Of a stretch of 45,582 nucleotides of DNA, positions 20,621-30,662 are shown piece by piece. This DNA comes from Limisphaerales bacterium (lineage in GTDB: Bacteria > Verrucomicrobiota > Verrucomicrobiia > Limisphaerales > SIBE01): the NCBI GenBank assembly GCA_044225505.1, contig JBGAIN010000051.1, forward strand, positions 1-45,582, given 5' to 3'. Position numbers and translations under genes: made by a program. Each line of letters begins with the position of its first letter. Position 1 is the first letter of the stretch. The notes under the pieces were generated by a model. It did no database searches. It was not told the DNA's origin and saw only the letters and a program-made list of their open reading frames with translations.

Positions 20621-21613
20621 TCACAGGGTTCGCCGCAATATCTCGATACAAACTCGGTTAAAGTCCCGCTCTCGCGCAAGGTAAAGCTCGTGGGCCTGCC
20701 TCAGGTCAATCTCTTCGAACGCAATGCGATCGCCTTGCTTCAGCTGGGCGAGTTGGCCGAATTCCACTGAAGCCACGCCAGCCAGACGGGGATAGCCTCC
20801 CACTGTCTGCCGGCTGCATAGCAAAACGATGGGGTGTCCGCCGGGTGGGACTTGAACGATCCCAGCATTTACGGCGGATGAAATCATTTCGCGTTGATCG
20901 GTTAATTCGAGAACCGGGCCCTTCAGCCGCACACCCATCCGATCGGCGTCTTTTGTCACGTGATACTCTGAACCGAAGAAATGCCCTTGGGCGTCGCGCG
21001 AGAACCAGTCCCACTCAGGGCCGCGGAGTGCTCTAATGCGTTCAGGGATGGAAGGTTTGCCCAGCGACGCAGGGCGGACACTCCAACCACAAGAGGCTTG
21101 GCCCGCGTCGCGAAGCGAAGTAGACATACGCTCTGCCCACTCGGTGCGCTCCCCAAAGGTCAAGCGATCGCCAGCCACTAACGGACGACCGCGTAGTCCG
21201 CCAAAGCCGAAGCGACGGCAGGTGCTACGGCTGCCCAGGATTACGGGGACATCGATCCCACCGGCGATCGCCAGCCATGCACGTGCCCCCCGGCGCACCG
21301 CACCGAAGGAAACCGTCGCGCCCGCTTGAACGCGGACCGGCCGATTCGAAGGCAGGGGTATGTCTCCGAGGCGCGCATCGAAGTCCGCCCCGGTCCAGGC
21401 TAGCAATGACTCCTCTTCAAAGCGTAGTTCTGGGCCGACCAACGCGAATTCCAGGACGGCAGCGTCTCCCGAATTCCCCACGAGTGCGTTGGCCACGCGA
21501 GCAGAAAAAGGGTCGGCTGCACCGCCGACCACGACTCCATAACGTTGGTATCCAGCTCGGCCCAAGTCTTGGATCGTGGTCAGGAGCCCGCTTTTGACGA
21601 CATTCAAGCTCAT
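20621..21613 (-). CDS. pxpC: 5-oxoprolinase subunit C (carboxyltransferase/AHS2-like)
   Basis: GLLTTIQDLGR, ANALVGN, ADRMGVRL, QTVGGYPRL; ATG 21613 overlaps the pxpB stop (ATGA). Confidence 0.92.
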   Translation of the reverse strand: MSLNVVKSGLLTTIQDLGRAGYQRYGVVVGGAADPFSARVANALVGNSGDAAVLEFALVGPELRFEEESLLAWTGADFDARLGDIPLPSNRPVRVQAGATVSFGAVRRGARAWLAIAGGIDVPVILGSRSTCRRFGFGGLRGRPLVAGDRLTFGERTEWAERMSTSLRDAGQASCGWSVRPASLGKPSIPERIRALRGPEWDWFSRDAQGHFFGSEYHVTKDADRMGVRLKGPVLELTDQREMISSAVNAGIVQVPPGGHPIVLLCSRQTVGGYPRLAGVASVEFGQLAQLKQGDRIAFEEIDLRQAHELYLARERDFNRVCIEILRRTL

Positions 21614-22317
21614 GCGGACGGGGTCCGGCGGGCAAATTCGGTGGGAGAAATGGCGCGGAACTTCACGCGGTCCCCCGGGCGAAGCAAGCTGGGCGGCTCT
21701 GTGTCCCAACGGAACAGTTGCAGAGGTGTGCGCCCGATCAAATTCCAGCCCCCGGGAGTGGCCATTGGGTAAATGCACGTCTGCCGATTCGCGATGCCAA
21801 CCGATCCCGGCGGGACGGAGACGCGGGGGGTGTCGCGGCGAGGCACGGCTAAAGCCAACGGTAACTCGCCCAGATACGGGAATCCCGGTGAAAAACCAAT
21901 GAGATAGACCAGATAGATAGTGCTGCTATGTCGGCGTGCAACCTCTTCCGGCGTCAGTCCCTTTTGCACAGCGACATGGTCCAAATCCGGCCCAAACGGA
22001 CCTCCGTAACAGATGGGAATCTCCACCACCGGACCTGGGTCGGGTTTGGCCTTAGCCGCCAGCTTGCGCAGACGGACGCGGACTGATTCCGTGAACTTTT
22101 CGAGCTCGGTTCCTGTCGGTTGTCCAGGCGTGATCACCAATTTGGGGTCGTAAAACAATGTGATCGTATTGAAAGCGGGCACTAACTCGGTGACTCCTTG
22201 CAGCGGCGGTGTTTCCAGGAGGCGACAAGCGGCCTGCACGCGATGAAGCGTGGCCTCATCCAGAGCCGTTCCCAGTTCTACCACAAGTGCTGTGTCTCCC
22301 AAGGGCGTGATACGCAT
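21610..22317 (-). CDS. pxpB: 5-oxoprolinase subunit B (KipI/AHS1-like)
   Basis: PLGDTAL, IPICYGGPFGPDL, IGFSPGFPYLG, GSVGIA, TPGGWNLIGRTP. Confidence 0.95.
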   Translation of the reverse strand: MRITPLGDTALVVELGTALDEATLHRVQAACRLLETPPLQGVTELVPAFNTITLFYDPKLVITPGQPTGTELEKFTESVRVRLRKLAAKAKPDPGPVVEIPICYGGPFGPDLDHVAVQKGLTPEEVARRHSSTIYLVYLIGFSPGFPYLGELPLALAVPRRDTPRVSVPPGSVGIANRQTCIYPMATPGGWNLIGRTPLQLFRWDTEPPSLLRPGDRVKFRAISPTEFARRTPSA

Positions 22318-22405
22318 TCGTCTTGCGGTAGAGCCGAAAGGAACCTGCTGTCAAAATCAATCAGAAAAGACTCTCGCAAAGCGTAAATCGTCCCAGGCTA
22401 GATGA

Positions 22406-24310
22406 TTGCGCTCGGACAGCCCGCGGAGGTATGGTCCAGGTCAGCGTATGTCTCTCCATGTCGAAACAAGAGCTCTTCTCTCAAACGGTCGCTTGCATCC
22501 AGCGACGGAGAAAAGGCGTCTGGAGGACCGCAGGTCCGTCCCCAGCGTGTCCAATGGCCGGTCGAATTGGGGTGTGCTGCAACTTCTCAAGCCAATTGCC
22601 CAGTATGGGATGACGATCCTGAGTAGCGCATTGATTCTTCTCCCAACCGCAGGCTGTGATCGGACCTCGAAACCAAATGCCGCAAACTCTCCAGGGCTCA
22701 GCTCGGACTCCAAAGCGCCGAAGGGAACGATCACCTCCGGCGAGTTTGAAGACGTCACTGACAAAGCGGGAATCCATTTTGTTCATCAGTTGGCCGATGG
22801 CAAGTTGGACAATATCATGGAATCCGATGGAGCGGGGGGTGTCTGTTTCGATTTTGACCGCGACGGTTTCATCGATATTTATCTGGTTAATTCAGGCCCG
22901 GCGCCCGTTCTTTCGAAGGCGCCGCGTGGGACAGCTCGCCAGCCCAACCGCCTTTACCGGAACCGCCAGAACGGAACGTTCGAAGACGTGACCGAGCGCG
23001 CGGGTGTTGCGGGCCATGGTTTTGGGACCACGGCCACCGCCGCGGACTACGATAACGACGGGTTTCCAGACCTATTGGTCGTCAACTTTGATGGATTGAT
23101 ACTTTTTCACAATGAAGGCAATGGCACGTTCAGCGACGCCACGTTGAAGGCCGGGCTTCTGTCGAACCGCGCAGGGATTTCCGCAACATTTTTTGACTGT
23201 GATCAAGATGGGTATCTCGACGTTTTTGTGGCCAACTATCTGCTCTACGATCCTGCCGTGCAAAATCCACCGGGTGCAAAGGCCCCTTATCCAGGTCCGC
23301 TCTCGTATAACTCCGAATTCAATATCCTATATCGGAATCGCGGAGACGGATCATTTGAGGACTTCAGCGAGGCCGCGAACATCCGCATTCCAGGCCACCG
23401 TGCGATGGCGGTGACGGCCTTGGACGTTGATCTGGATGGAGACTCTGACTTGTATGTCTGCAATGACGGGACAGCAAACTTGCTGCTCCTGAATGACGGG
23501 CATGGACATTTTTCGGAATCGGGACTCAAAGCGGGCGTGGGTCTCAACCAATTTGGCGGGGCGGATGGGTCGATGGGCGCAGCGGTGGGAGATTGTAATG
23601 GGGACGGCTATCCTGACCTTTTCGTGACTCGCTTCGGCAAGGCCTCGCTTTATATTAATTCGCCGGGCGGTTTCTTTGACGATCGCATCCAACCGGCCGG
23701 TATATTGGCTCTGTCATCGCAGTACACAGGCTGGGGTGGAAACTTCCTCGACGCCGACAACAACGGGACGCTCGATCTGTTCGTTGCCAATGGGAATGCT
23801 CACTTCCTCGAAGGCATGCCGCCATTGCTGTTTGAGAACCTCGGAACCGGCACATTTACCGATGCCTCGACGTTAGGCGGGCGCGTGTTCAAGCAATCTT
23901 TGAATGCCCGCGGCAGCGCAGCCCTTGATTTTGACAATGACGGTCGCATAGATCTCCTAGTCACGACCCTGGCCGGTCCGACCTTCCTTTGGCGCAACGC
24001 GCTAAGCACTTCGAATCATTGGGTGACCCTCACCTTGGAAGGAGCTCAGGGGAATCGCGACGGCCTCGGCGCTTTGGTGACGGTGCAGGCCGGATCTCTC
24101 ATTCAACATGCCGAAATGCGGTGCGCCACAAGCTATGTCACCCAACAGGACGGCCGATTGCATTTCGGCTTGGGGTCTCATACCGTCGCAGACAGGGTTG
24201 ACGTGCGCTGGCCTGGGGGAAAGACTTCGATGTTTAAGATGGTCGCTGCGGATCAGATTCACAAAGTAGTCGAACCTGGAGAATCGCGGTGGCGCAAAAA
24301 GGCGCCCTAA
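22406..24310 (+). CDS. CRTAC1-family FG-GAP/ASPIC-UnbV protein, probable lipoprotein
   Basis: Repeated DxDxDG loops (DFDRDG, DYDNDG, DVDLDG, DFDNDG), FEDVT.KAG repeats, C-terminal NRDGLGALVTV...RLHFGLG...VRWPGG. TAGC lipobox suggests the real start is near 22574-22610. Confidence 0.85.
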   Translation: MRSDSPRRYGPGQRMSLHVETRALLSNGRLHPATEKRRLEDRRSVPSVSNGRSNWGVLQLLKPIAQYGMTILSSALILLPTAGCDRTSKPNAANSPGLSSDSKAPKGTITSGEFEDVTDKAGIHFVHQLADGKLDNIMESDGAGGVCFDFDRDGFIDIYLVNSGPAPVLSKAPRGTARQPNRLYRNRQNGTFEDVTERAGVAGHGFGTTATAADYDNDGFPDLLVVNFDGLILFHNEGNGTFSDATLKAGLLSNRAGISATFFDCDQDGYLDVFVANYLLYDPAVQNPPGAKAPYPGPLSYNSEFNILYRNRGDGSFEDFSEAANIRIPGHRAMAVTALDVDLDGDSDLYVCNDGTANLLLLNDGHGHFSESGLKAGVGLNQFGGADGSMGAAVGDCNGDGYPDLFVTRFGKASLYINSPGGFFDDRIQPAGILALSSQYTGWGGNFLDADNNGTLDLFVANGNAHFLEGMPPLLFENLGTGTFTDASTLGGRVFKQSLNARGSAALDFDNDGRIDLLVTTLAGPTFLWRNALSTSNHWVTLTLEGAQGNRDGLGALVTVQAGSLIQHAEMRCATSYVTQQDGRLHFGLGSHTVADRVDVRWPGGKTSMFKMVAADQIHKVVEPGESRWRKKAP

Positions 24311-27300
24311 GGACCGGGATGCAATTTATGCGAAAGGCGAGATCTGGATCGGCACGTTCGCTCTGCGGGAACATGAGGCACATTCTCTTCGATTTATCTC
24401 TTCCTTCGCTCGGCGCGGATACGAAGTTGAGACTTTCGAGCCACGGCATCAGGAAGTTCGCACGATGGTCGGAACGTTGTGACCTCGCTTCCATCGTGGG
24501 CCTCGTCGCGAGCGTGGTACTCTTGGGAACTGGAGGGTGTCAACGCGCGGAAAACGTCGGATCATCACGCGGCTACTCCTCGACGGTCGTATCGCACATG
24601 AACCGGGGCGTCAGTCTGATGGGGCAGTACCAATACGGAGATGCCGTGAACGCCTTTGAGCAGGTCGTCCAGGAAGCTCCGGATTTGATGGACGGCCGCA
24701 TCAACTTGGCCATCGCCCTTTTTAATCGTAATCGCCAGGAAGACTTGGCGGCGGCCGAGTTGGCGCTGCAAGAGGTGCTCAAGAATGAACCGGAAAACGT
24801 CCGAGCGCTGTATTTTCACGCGATTCTGCTCCAGCACCTTGGCAAAGCGGAAGCCGCGATTCCGCAACTGGAGTCTGTTCTGCAGCAGCGAGCCGAAGAT
24901 GGCGCCGCTTGGTACTTGATGGCGCTTTGCAGGCAGCGGGTAGGCCAGCCCGCGACCAATGAGTTCCTTAAGGCCGTGCAGTACCGGCCTTACCTCTTCA
25001 GCGCCTATTATCAGCTCTACCAGACTGCGATGCGCGGGGGGCAGGAGTCGGAAGCCCATCAATACCTTGAGCGCTTCAAGAATCTCCGGGAGAGTCCGCT
25101 CGGCGAATCATTGGAGTTCCCCCAATACAATCAGATGGGAGACTTGGCATTGGCCGTTCCAATACCAGCTGTTTCCAAGGCTGAAATTTCCAAGAGTCGC
25201 TATCAGCTCGGGAGCTACAACCTCGCCTTGACGCCGACTGCAGCGCCTGGGGCAGCGCGACCGGCGAGAAACCTCGGCTTGAACCGAACCGTGGCTGCCG
25301 ACTTTGATCGAGATGGAAAGACGGATCTTCTGGTGATGCTTGACGTGCCAGGTCCTCTGGCCCTGTTGCTGGGGCAGCCCGGCTCGTGGGTGAATGCCAC
25401 TTTTGGCTCGGGTCTGGAAACCGTCACGAATGCGGTGAGTTGTGCTGTCGGTGACATTGACAACGACGAAGAGGTCGATCTGTGCCTAGTGACGACTGGT
25501 GGACCTCGCCTCTTTCGCGGCTTGGGCAATCACAAGTTCCTCGATGTCACCGCCGCGATGGGCGTCACGGCCAACGAGTACGCCCAGAGCGCTCTGCTTC
25601 TCGACGCTGACCATGACGGGGACCTCGATCTTTTGGTTTGTGGACCCAAATTCAACCAGCTTTGGAATAACAATGGCAACGGCACCTTTGTCAACATTGC
25701 CACCCAAGCGGGAGTGGAATGTGTCGATCAAAAATCCGTGCAAGTTCTGGCGGGTGATTTGGACGGCGATCGCGACATGGACTTGGTAATTCTGCGCGAG
25801 AATGCACCCGCGAAGATCTTCTTAAACGAACTCCTGGGAAAATATCGCGAATTGGAATTGCCCGGGCTTGAGTTGCGCGGGGATCTGGGTGGAGCACTTC
25901 AAGATCTGAACGGCGATGGAAAACTTGACTTGGTATTGTTAGGGGGAGCTCCAGCTCGCCTGCAGCTTTGGTTCGGTGATGGTCATGGCCAGTTTCAGGC
26001 CGACCAGCCGTTTGCGGCGGTTAGCCAAGCGGCCGAATCGTGGGGGCAACTCCAAGGAATCCGAGTGGCTGACATGGATTTCGATGGAGATCTCGATTTG
26101 ATCTGTGCGGGATCGCAAGTTCATCTGTTGCTCAACGATGGTCTGGGTCGATTTGCGCTTCAGGCTCCGCTCTGGGCGCCTGCCAAGGGCACGTCATTAG
26201 CTGGTTTCGATCTAGTTGATGTCACGGGTGATCTTGTCCCGGACCTGGTGACGGTGGAGCAGGGGAGCGGCCGCGTTGGCATTGCCGTGGGAGAGATCAG
26301 TCCACCTTCGACCGCCTTAGCCATTCAACCGAACGGTGTTCGGGGCCGAGACGGTCGCACTCGCAGCCCGGCTAGCGGCTACGGAGTACGAGCGCGGTTG
26401 CGCGCGGGGCTTTGTGAATCGCATTACTCCTACACCGGTCAATCGGGCGGTGCAAACCAGTCCATGCTGCCAATGATATTGGGGCTCGGCGGCGCAGCGT
26501 CGGCGGATTACGTGCAGCTCCAATGGCCGGATGGCGTCGCCCAAGTCGAGATGACTCTGGCGGCGGGCCAGACTCACAAAGTCGCCGAGCTTCAGCGTAA
26601 GATTTCCAGTTGCCCAGTGTTGTTTGCCTGGGATGGAACTCGATTCGGATTCGTCACCGATTTTGCCGGTGTAGGCGGATTAGGCTATTTTCAAGAGCCT
26701 GGAGTTTCCGCCCCTCCTCAGGTGGAGGAACACGTGAAGATCCAATCTGAGCAACTCCAACCCCGTGATGGCATCTACGAACTGCGCGTTACGGAGCCGA
26801 TGGAAGAGTCCGCTTATATCGATCGACTCGAACTGCTCGCGGTGGATCATCCAGCGGGCACGGCTGTTTTTCCGGACGAACGATTAGCGATTTCGGGCGC
26901 GTCGCCGACTCATCGATTGATGACAGTGGAGCACCCGATTTTTCCGCGGCGAGCGCTAGCTCCCAATGGACGAGACTGTACCGATAGTTTGCGTCGCGCC
27001 GACCGCGTTTACGCGTATGAACCGGTTTTGGATCGTCGTTATGTTGGGTTCTGCCAACGGCACACATTGGAGCTCGATTTCGGTGATCAGCTCGCGGAAC
27101 TGCCGGACCGGTCCCCCATGACCCTTTTCCTCCGAGGCTCGATCGAATATCCGTATTCCCAGACGGTTTACGCTGCCAGCCAATCGCGAGTGGGCTGGGA
27201 GCCAATTCGGATTGAAGCGTTGAATCCCAAGGGCGAATGGCAGACGGTCATCGAGGATGCGGGAGCTCCTGGTGGCGTGGATCGCACGATGACTGTTCCG

Positions 27301-27873
27301 TTGCCTAAGCTATTGCCCAATGATGCCCGCAAACTGAGGCTGACCAGTAATCTCGAACTTTACTATGATCAGCTTTTCCTGGCAGCAACTCCGCCAAACG
27401 ATCGAGCTCAAGTAAGAACGGTCCCGCTTCGTTCCGCGACGCTGCGCTATTTGGGATTTCCACGAGAGTATTCTCCCGACGGACGCGAACCGGTTCTTTA
27501 TGACTACGAACACTGCGATGCCAGCGCACCTTTCCATCGGTTGCGAGGGGCTTATACACGCTATGGACCGGTTGAGGCACTGCTGCGCGAGTTCGATGAT
27601 CAGTACGCGATCCTGGGCCCGGGCGACGAGGTGGCGCTCCGTTTCGACGCTGAGGCATTGCCTCCTCTCCCAGCGGGGCAAGTACGCAGTTTTATTCTGG
27701 TCTCTCATGCCTATTGCAAGGACATGGACCTTTACACTGCAACGCCGCGCACGTTGGAACCGCTGCCTTTCAAGGGCATGAGTCGTTATCCTTACTCCGC
27801 CGCGGAACGGCATTCTAGCACGGAAGCGTACCGCACCTACTTGCAGAGTTACAACACTCGACTCGTGGAATAG
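24289..27873 (+). CDS. TPR + FG-GAP + ASPIC/UnbV large (lipo)protein with C-terminal extension
   Basis: TGGC lipobox, TPR helices (NRGVSLMGQYQYGDAVNAF..., ARYLF-like helical repeats), many DxDxDG loops, ILGLG...QWPDGVAQ, then SCPVLFAWDG...CKDMD domain. Start uncertain (24289-24373). Confidence 0.82.
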   Translation: MAQKGALRTGMQFMRKARSGSARSLCGNMRHILFDLSLPSLGADTKLRLSSHGIRKFARWSERCDLASIVGLVASVVLLGTGGCQRAENVGSSRGYSSTVVSHMNRGVSLMGQYQYGDAVNAFEQVVQEAPDLMDGRINLAIALFNRNRQEDLAAAELALQEVLKNEPENVRALYFHAILLQHLGKAEAAIPQLESVLQQRAEDGAAWYLMALCRQRVGQPATNEFLKAVQYRPYLFSAYYQLYQTAMRGGQESEAHQYLERFKNLRESPLGESLEFPQYNQMGDLALAVPIPAVSKAEISKSRYQLGSYNLALTPTAAPGAARPARNLGLNRTVAADFDRDGKTDLLVMLDVPGPLALLLGQPGSWVNATFGSGLETVTNAVSCAVGDIDNDEEVDLCLVTTGGPRLFRGLGNHKFLDVTAAMGVTANEYAQSALLLDADHDGDLDLLVCGPKFNQLWNNNGNGTFVNIATQAGVECVDQKSVQVLAGDLDGDRDMDLVILRENAPAKIFLNELLGKYRELELPGLELRGDLGGALQDLNGDGKLDLVLLGGAPARLQLWFGDGHGQFQADQPFAAVSQAAESWGQLQGIRVADMDFDGDLDLICAGSQVHLLLNDGLGRFALQAPLWAPAKGTSLAGFDLVDVTGDLVPDLVTVEQGSGRVGIAVGEISPPSTALAIQPNGVRGRDGRTRSPASGYGVRARLRAGLCESHYSYTGQSGGANQSMLPMILGLGGAASADYVQLQWPDGVAQVEMTLAAGQTHKVAELQRKISSCPVLFAWDGTRFGFVTDFAGVGGLGYFQEPGVSAPPQVEEHVKIQSEQLQPRDGIYELRVTEPMEESAYIDRLELLAVDHPAGTAVFPDERLAISGASPTHRLMTVEHPIFPRRALAPNGRDCTDSLRRADRVYAYEPVLDRRYVGFCQRHTLELDFGDQLAELPDRSPMTLFLRGSIEYPYSQTVYAASQSRVGWEPIRIEALNPKGEWQTVIEDAGAPGGVDRTMTVPLPKLLPNDARKLRLTSNLELYYDQLFLAATPPNDRAQVRTVPLRSATLRYLGFPREYSPDGREPVLYDYEHCDASAPFHRLRGAYTRYGPVEALLREFDDQYAILGPGDEVALRFDAEALPPLPAGQVRSFILVSHAYCKDMDLYTATPRTLEPLPFKGMSRYPYSAAERHSSTEAYRTYLQSYNTRLVE

Positions 27874-27885
27874 TCTCCCGCTCGC

Positions 27886-28890
27886 ATGAGATACGCTGTC
27901 GCTGCCTGTCAAACGGACTTTCCTTGCCCAAAGGGCCGAAGTGAGATCGCCAGCCGGGTGGACCGAATGCTGGCACTGATCGACGGGGTGGTCATTGGCT
28001 ACAAACCATTTTTCCCAGTGCGCCTGGTCGTTTTTCCAGAGTTCGCCCATGCCGCGCCCATTTATCTGACGGTCGATGAGCTGCGTGAAAAGCTAGCCGT
28101 GCCTGTGCCGAACGAGCATACGGACCGCTATGTCGCGAAGGCCCGACAACATGGCGTTTACATCCAAACGGGGACCTTTATCGAGGCGGATCCCACCTGG
28201 CCAGGGGTGCTCTTCAACACGACCTGTCTTGTAGGGCCAGACGGAGTGCTCTCCAAGTATCGCAAAGTGAACCCGTGGTTGCCCTGGGAAGTGCACGCCA
28301 GTCCTCACGATCTCCCGGGCTACGACGTGGAGATGTTTCCCGTGGTCGAAACCGAGATCGGGCAGCTCGGCTGCGCTATTTGCTACGATTGGATTTTTCC
28401 GGAGGCCATCCGTCAACTGGTGTTTCACGGGGCGGAAGTCTTAATTCGCGTGTCGGCATATATGGACCCTTGGGGAGCGACCCCGCCGCTCGATTGGTGG
28501 ACCGTGGTCAACCGCTGCCGCGCCTTGGAGAATATGGCTTACGTGGTTGCGGCGAATCAGGGAGCGACCCTGCAGCATTACGGTCCGTTTTCTTGGCCGG
28601 GCGGGAGTATGATTGTTGATTTCGACGGTCGAATCCTCGCGCAAGCGGATCCAGGCCCGGGAGAGAAGATTGTGGTAACGGAGATTGACTTGGGCGCACT
28701 GCGCGAAGCGCGCGCCTCTCGACTGGGACATAATCCGCAGGCTCATCTGCGGCGGGAAGCCTATCCCCAAGCTCCGACCGGTTATCCGCATGGCAGCTTC
28801 ACGTCGGCGAAGGATCCCAAAGGGAACCGGACGGTGCCGGAAAACGAAGCGCTTATCCGCCGAGTCCTTCGACCGGTCCGACCTGTATAG
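27886..28890 (+). CDS. Nitrilase-superfamily carbon-nitrogen hydrolase (amidase-like)
   Basis: Glu-Lys-Cys triad motifs LVVFPEF, KYRKVNPW, AICYDWIFPE; RALENMAYVVAAN; GGSMIVDFDG. Confidence 0.92.
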   Translation: MRYAVAACQTDFPCPKGRSEIASRVDRMLALIDGVVIGYKPFFPVRLVVFPEFAHAAPIYLTVDELREKLAVPVPNEHTDRYVAKARQHGVYIQTGTFIEADPTWPGVLFNTTCLVGPDGVLSKYRKVNPWLPWEVHASPHDLPGYDVEMFPVVETEIGQLGCAICYDWIFPEAIRQLVFHGAEVLIRVSAYMDPWGATPPLDWWTVVNRCRALENMAYVVAANQGATLQHYGPFSWPGGSMIVDFDGRILAQADPGPGEKIVVTEIDLGALREARASRLGHNPQAHLRREAYPQAPTGYPHGSFTSAKDPKGNRTVPENEALIRRVLRPVRPV

Positions 28891-28903
28891 GCGTTCGGCC
28901 TGC

Positions 28904-30655
28904 CTACTCTTCCCGTTCGTTGTCGAAATCGCGGAAGGAACAATTACAGGGCGTTCGAAAGAGGAGCACCCAATCTTCGGCCGTGGGCGTTTTGTAGACG
29001 CGGGATCGGAGTGCGCGGGCGTTTCGCATGCCGCCGTCGCGCGGGCTGAACCACAATGGCTTGAGCTGATCTTTCAGAAGCTCGTTCTTAAGACTCACAA
29101 TGCCACCGTCCCGAATATAGATCGCGGCGAGATCGCCATCGGCACTACGGGCGGCAAACACCGGCACCGTCGTTGTAGTCTTGGCTTTGGCTTTCGGATG
29201 AGGCTGAACGGCAGTAACGAGATTAGTGTCCGGAAGGAGTCTCCACCAGGGAATGCCGGTGAAAAAGTCGTAGATGTGCCCGTAAAGCTCGAGCATCGCG
29301 GAGTTCGTATCCCCACGACCGTTGATCCAGCCCCCGCACGCGTTGGAGGCTTGACCTGGCCTCGGACTCGCCCGTTCGCCAGTCGTTTGATATCCACCGG
29401 CAAGGTATATTTCCCACGCCAAGCGAGCCCGTGTCTCGGGTGCGCGCGCCGGAGATTTGCGGTCGCTGCCCCAACCCTGTGGATAGTGATCTTCATAGCC
29501 GTATTCCTCATTGACCTGCGGAATCACCCGGCCAGTTTGTGCCTGGACCAGCCGGTTGGTCAGCATGAAGCCATGTCCGCCAGATTCGTCCCAGGCCTGA
29601 TACATCGCGAAGTCCGCCCAACGAGACTTGCCGAAATGGAAGTTATCAAAACCATGCGTGGACGTGAGATGGTTATAGGGATCGCACTCTTTTACAAACG
29701 TCCCCATCCCTTCGGCCCAAGCGTCGTCGCGGAACATTCGGTATTCATTGGCCAGATCCCACATGACATTGCAGAACGGAGCGAGACGGGCGATGGCATA
29801 GCGATAGTAGCGCCGTTCGTCTGCGCCCCCCATTCCTGCCTTGCCAAATGGATCAACACCCGGGCGGCTGCCATCGACATAGAAAATCACCGACACGGCG
29901 ATGTCCTTCGCCCGGGCGCTTTCCAGCAAGTGTTCCCACTTTTGCCAATAACCCACGTTGAACCGGGTCACGTCGAATTCCGGGGACTTCACACTCTTCG
30001 GGTTCTTCGCTTCCCACGGGTTGAGGAGGAAGGAAAACTTTTCGGTGGGGTAAACGTCCTCAAACCAAGCGCGGCCGTCCTCGACTCGTCCACTTAACGC
30101 GGCCCGGAGCCGGGTCACTTTAAGTCGGTCAAATCGATCGACGATCTGTCCAATGGTCTCAGCGTCCCAACCCGCAAGCCAATAGGCCGTTGTGCCATTC
30201 CAGAAGAACCGTTCTTGGGTCCCTTCCCATCGAAAGTGCGACGGATACTCTGCGTCGACTCGGAGCACGCCGCGTTTCTTGGCATCAATGGCCTCGAAGC
30301 GACCCTCGTAGGACCGGGTCAACACTGCTTCGCGGTAATTGACGACATACGTGTAGTTGCCCGCGATCGAGGGCATGAAGCGGATCCGAAAGGTGCTTCC
30401 GTCCGCGGAGTCACAAAACCCATCGACTCGGACGGCGGGCGAGCCTGGGATGCCAAACGCGCCTTCGACGATGACATCGGTGAAGGGGTTCGCGACTTGA
30501 GTCCCCCTCGTCCTGAGCGTGATCTCGAGGAACTCGTAGCAGCTGACGCGGTTGGTCGACGGTTCGAATTCAACTCTGGGCGCGGCGATGGCGCATGGAT
30601 TCACCAAGGCGCCTAATTGCACAGCGATCAGGATCCAGGAATATGCAGTTTTCAT
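28904..30655 (-). CDS. Secreted DUF5060/DUF4038 (apiosidase-like) protein
   Basis: Signal peptide from ATG 30655; NPFTDV, GFCDS.DG..FRIRFMP, FFWNGTTAY, YAIARLAPFCNVMWDLANEY, NEEYGYE, WFSPRDG. Confidence 0.75.
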   Translation of the reverse strand: MKTAYSWILIAVQLGALVNPCAIAAPRVEFEPSTNRVSCYEFLEITLRTRGTQVANPFTDVIVEGAFGIPGSPAVRVDGFCDSADGSTFRIRFMPSIAGNYTYVVNYREAVLTRSYEGRFEAIDAKKRGVLRVDAEYPSHFRWEGTQERFFWNGTTAYWLAGWDAETIGQIVDRFDRLKVTRLRAALSGRVEDGRAWFEDVYPTEKFSFLLNPWEAKNPKSVKSPEFDVTRFNVGYWQKWEHLLESARAKDIAVSVIFYVDGSRPGVDPFGKAGMGGADERRYYRYAIARLAPFCNVMWDLANEYRMFRDDAWAEGMGTFVKECDPYNHLTSTHGFDNFHFGKSRWADFAMYQAWDESGGHGFMLTNRLVQAQTGRVIPQVNEEYGYEDHYPQGWGSDRKSPARAPETRARLAWEIYLAGGYQTTGERASPRPGQASNACGGWINGRGDTNSAMLELYGHIYDFFTGIPWWRLLPDTNLVTAVQPHPKAKAKTTTTVPVFAARSADGDLAAIYIRDGGIVSLKNELLKDQLKPLWFSPRDGGMRNARALRSRVYKTPTAEDWVLLFRTPCNCSFRDFDNEREE

Positions 30656-30662
30656 CGCAAGT

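Noticed and set aside
22406..27873. Enediyne or other secondary-metabolite cluster suggested by UnbV domains
   Set aside because: No PKS, NRPS or thioesterase genes in the window; ASPIC/UnbV proteins are widespread outside such clusters.
28685..30097. 470-aa plus-strand ORF
   Set aside because: Antisense shadow of the DUF5060/DUF4038 gene, no recognisable motifs; long shadow ORFs are expected at high GC.
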